In this document: in pieces, positions 61,827 to 64,000 of the stretch
Position numbering within the stretch: position 1 is the first letter of the stretch
Layout: every line of letters begins with the position of its first letter
Assembly: GCA_027488735.1 (NCBI GenBank)
Contig: JAIYBB010000002.1
Location: forward strand, 11,053 to 75,052
Length of the DNA stretch: 64,000 nucleotides
Direction of reading: 5' to 3'
Source of the DNA: Comamonadaceae bacterium
Lineage (GTDB): Bacteria > Pseudomonadota > Gammaproteobacteria > Burkholderiales > Burkholderiaceae_C
Program-made: the position numbers and the translations under genes
Notes under the pieces: model-generated
Database searches by the model: none
Seen by the model: only the letters and a program-made list of their open reading frames with translations
What the model was told of the DNA's origin: nothing

Positions 61827-63067
61827 TCCTGGAACGCCGGTTCGGACTGAAATGCGTCCTCACCGGGTTGCTGCTCGTTGGCACTGAGCGTTTGACCCGC
61901 ATCAAGGATGCCAAGGGTCACGAGGTAGCCCTCCAGTTGAGCTTGCATCTTGGCGTCGAACTTGTGAAGGTTCAGCCGCCCTTTGCGGGTGATCTCGATG
62001 GTGATGACCTTGGATCGCATCTTGCCCGGCTGTGGGGGGTAGTACAGATTGATGTGCGCCGAATTGATTTGCCAGTTGCGCTTGAGCGGGTTCTCGCTGG
62101 GGAATGCTTCAGCGATCAATTCGGTCACGCACTGTTGGTCGCTTGATGCTGTTGCGGTGCATTCGATCTTGAGATCACCATGTGGGCTGAGCAGGGACAG
62201 TGTCTTGACCTGAACAGCCATGAAGCCGTCGGTCGTCAAGGCTTGAGGTACATCGAAACCCAGTCGGAGTGCAGACAGATCAAGGGTGGGCGGTTTGATG
62301 CGGTGGGCCTCCACCTTGACGCCCAGCAGGTGCTCTGAGAAGGCCTCGAGCAGCATGGTGTGGTACTTGACTCCGCCTTTAACCAGTGAGCGAGCGACAC
62401 CGGTCTTGGCTGAATACTCCAGCACCATGTGAATGTTGGGATTGCCGACGCGGCGAGTCAGGTTCGAGCCTTCGAACTCGAGGCGCAACATCGCCAGGTC
62501 CTTCACATGAACAGTCAACAGGTAGACATCCGGGGAGCGCTCCAGGACATAAGCCACGCTGCCGTCACCGCACTGCAACTCCCGCTGGTAGAACGCCGAG
62601 ATGGCCTGCCGCATTCCGAGCAAGGCTGCCTCAGACGTGTCGGGTTTGCGTTTCACCCCAAGTTCATTCTGCTGAGCCTGTGATCCATGGCGTTCGAAGA
62701 AGTCAACGTCACCGGCCAGGTCAAAGAGTGCTGGGTAATTCACATACAGCCAGAACGAACGATGGATATCGCTTTGGTTGGAAACGAGCCCCATAAGGGC
62801 GACGCCATCCTGCCTTGCAACCTGGAACATCGCTTGTTTACCAGCCGCATCCCCAAGTGCAACACTGGCCATCAATTTGGCAATGAGCGCGTCTCGAGCA
62901 ATTTCGTCTGGCCATGTCCGGATCGCTTCAATTACGGTCCGGGTGACCTCTTGGCCATCCGACCAAGACAGATCGTCGGGCAACGGCAGACCGTTAGCTG
63001 CCAGGAAGTTTTGGAGAGTGTTGTCTACGGGCAGCTCCAGCAGCACATCGACAAAGGTTTTTTTCAT
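61823..63067 (-). CDS. Uncharacterised protein (414 aa), no recognisable motif
   Basis: ATG 63067 lies 9 nt after AAGGA. Long uninterrupted ORF, first gene of a two-gene operon divergent from an XRE/ImmA pair. Confidence 0.65.
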   Translation of the reverse strand: MKKTFVDVLLELPVDNTLQNFLAANGLPLPDDLSWSDGQEVTRTVIEAIRTWPDEIARDALIAKLMASVALGDAAGKQAMFQVARQDGVALMGLVSNQSDIHRSFWLYVNYPALFDLAGDVDFFERHGSQAQQNELGVKRKPDTSEAALLGMRQAISAFYQRELQCGDGSVAYVLERSPDVYLLTVHVKDLAMLRLEFEGSNLTRRVGNPNIHMVLEYSAKTGVARSLVKGGVKYHTMLLEAFSEHLLGVKVEAHRIKPPTLDLSALRLGFDVPQALTTDGFMAVQVKTLSLLSPHGDLKIECTATASSDQQCVTELIAEAFPSENPLKRNWQINSAHINLYYPPQPGKMRSKVITIEITRKGRLNLHKFDAKMQAQLEGYLVTLGILDAGQTLSANEQQPGEDAFQSEPAFQE

Positions 63068-63283
63068 TTTCTTGGTCCTTATGAAATGTCGGTGTTCTGC
63101 GTGCAGGGGATGCTGGCGCTGGCCGACGGGTGGTAAACAAATACCCCGTCAAAGTAAAGTGGCGAGATACAGCGTAATTGTGTCCCGCTTATTTCCGCTT
63201 GTCAAACTACGTAGAACATCTGGGTGAATGTGTATCTCAGTGCTATACTTTGAGGCTGACTTGATTCAGACAGGAGCTTTTCC

Positions 63284-63631
63284 ATGGCATCGACCCTAGG
63301 AGCGCGTTTACGGCGTTTACGAGAGGCCAAAAAGCTGACGTTGCAGCAGGTAGCCGACGCCGTTGGCTGTACCAAGGCGTACATCTGGGAACTGGAAATG
63401 AAGGAGGGGCAACGCCCTTCTGCCGAGCGGATTCATCTGCTGGCCAAGGTTCTGGGGGTCACGATGGAGGACCTGATGAACGAATCAAATGAGCAGGTTC
63501 CCCAAGCATCCGTTGAAGACGTGGCCTTCTTTCGCCAGTACGCTGGCATGACGGAAGAAGAAAAGCAGCGCTATCAACAAGCCCTCAAACTGATGTTCCC
63601 AACTGCGGGGCAAGAGGAAACCAAGAGTTGA
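63284..63631 (+). CDS. XRE-family helix-turn-helix transcriptional regulator
   Basis: LGARLRRLREAKKLTLQQVADAVGCTKAYIWELEMKEGQRPSAERIHLLAKVLGV is a canonical HTH_3. RBS AGGAG. Confidence 0.88.
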   Translation: MASTLGARLRRLREAKKLTLQQVADAVGCTKAYIWELEMKEGQRPSAERIHLLAKVLGVTMEDLMNESNEQVPQASVEDVAFFRQYAGMTEEEKQRYQQALKLMFPTAGQEETKS

Positions 63632-64000
63632 GTGACAGCGCTCAACTGACCCCGAGCAAGGCAGCCAACACCATCCTGCGATGGATTCGCTTGGCCAGTG
63701 GGGAGGCGGCTGCGTACACAGACCTCGACATGGTTCGAGAGGGGTTGCCTGGCACTCCCTACGGAGAAGGCGTCAAGATCATCAAGCCCCCCATGGCGTC
63801 TCCAGTGAGAAGCTTAGAGGGAATGCTGGTGTGCAACCCGAACGATCCAACCGAATGGGGCATCTTCGTTAATGAGGATGCCAGCCCTGAACGTCGTCGC
63901 TTCACGATTGCTCACGAGCTGGGTCACTTTGTCCTCCACAGAGCCAAGCGGCGCACGTTCAACTGCGACAAAGCAGCAGTGCATCTGAGCTTGGAAAGTG
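63628..64000 (+). CDS. ImmA/IrrE-family (COG2856, M78-like) metallopeptidase, N-terminal part (3' end beyond window)
   Basis: Translated by hand, not in the ORF track. The frame is open from TTG 63628 (TTGA overlap with the XRE stop) to the window end and contains RRRFTIAHELGHFVLH (HExxH). Confidence 0.7.
   Translation, partial: MSDSAQLTPSKAANTILRWIRLASGEAAAYTDLDMVREGLPGTPYGEGVKIIKPPMASPVRSLEGMLVCNPNDPTEWGIFVNEDASPERRRFTIAHELGHFVLHRAKRRTFNCDKAAVHLSLES

Overview
GC-rich betaproteobacterial chromosome segment, probably Burkholderiales/Comamonadaceae-like. That placement is an inference from a Bug/TctC-family binding protein, a PhaM-like gene, DUF3108/DUF1840-like genes and infA lying between secY and rpmJ. 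Most of the window is core genome. In order it holds: glyA-aminotransferase-hydroxyacid dehydrogenase; the rsmI / yraN-SIS-BON cluster; divergent pilT and yggS; a GlcD-like oxidase; tonB-exbB-exbD followed by PhaM-like and FIST genes; tgt-queA; recG-oxyR-ubiA; proC-glpK; a complete spc + alpha ribosomal operon (rplN to rplQ, with secY, infA, rpmJ, rpoA) ending in an initiator tRNA-Met; htpG with a sigma-32-type promoter; a Liv-type ABC transporter bracketed by two acyl-CoA ligases; a NodIJ-like ABC-2 exporter; and tRNA-Phe. Two patches look accessory. (i) About 19.85-23.47 kb is an AT-richer islet with an HExxH secreted protein, vapB plus a vapC killed by two in-frame nonsense codons, and a 372-aa orphan gene abutting the 3' end of tgt. 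(ii) From tRNA-Phe (60.49 kb) to the window end lies an uncharacterised, translationally coupled two-gene operon. It is divergent from an XRE-HTH + ImmA/IrrE-type metallopeptidase pair that runs off the window. Patch (ii) is my best candidate for an undescribed, possibly defence-type or island-borne system; the orphan in patch (i) is second. I saw no CRISPR array, rRNA, transposase or integrase. All calls come from reading translations and motifs by eye; no database search was possible.
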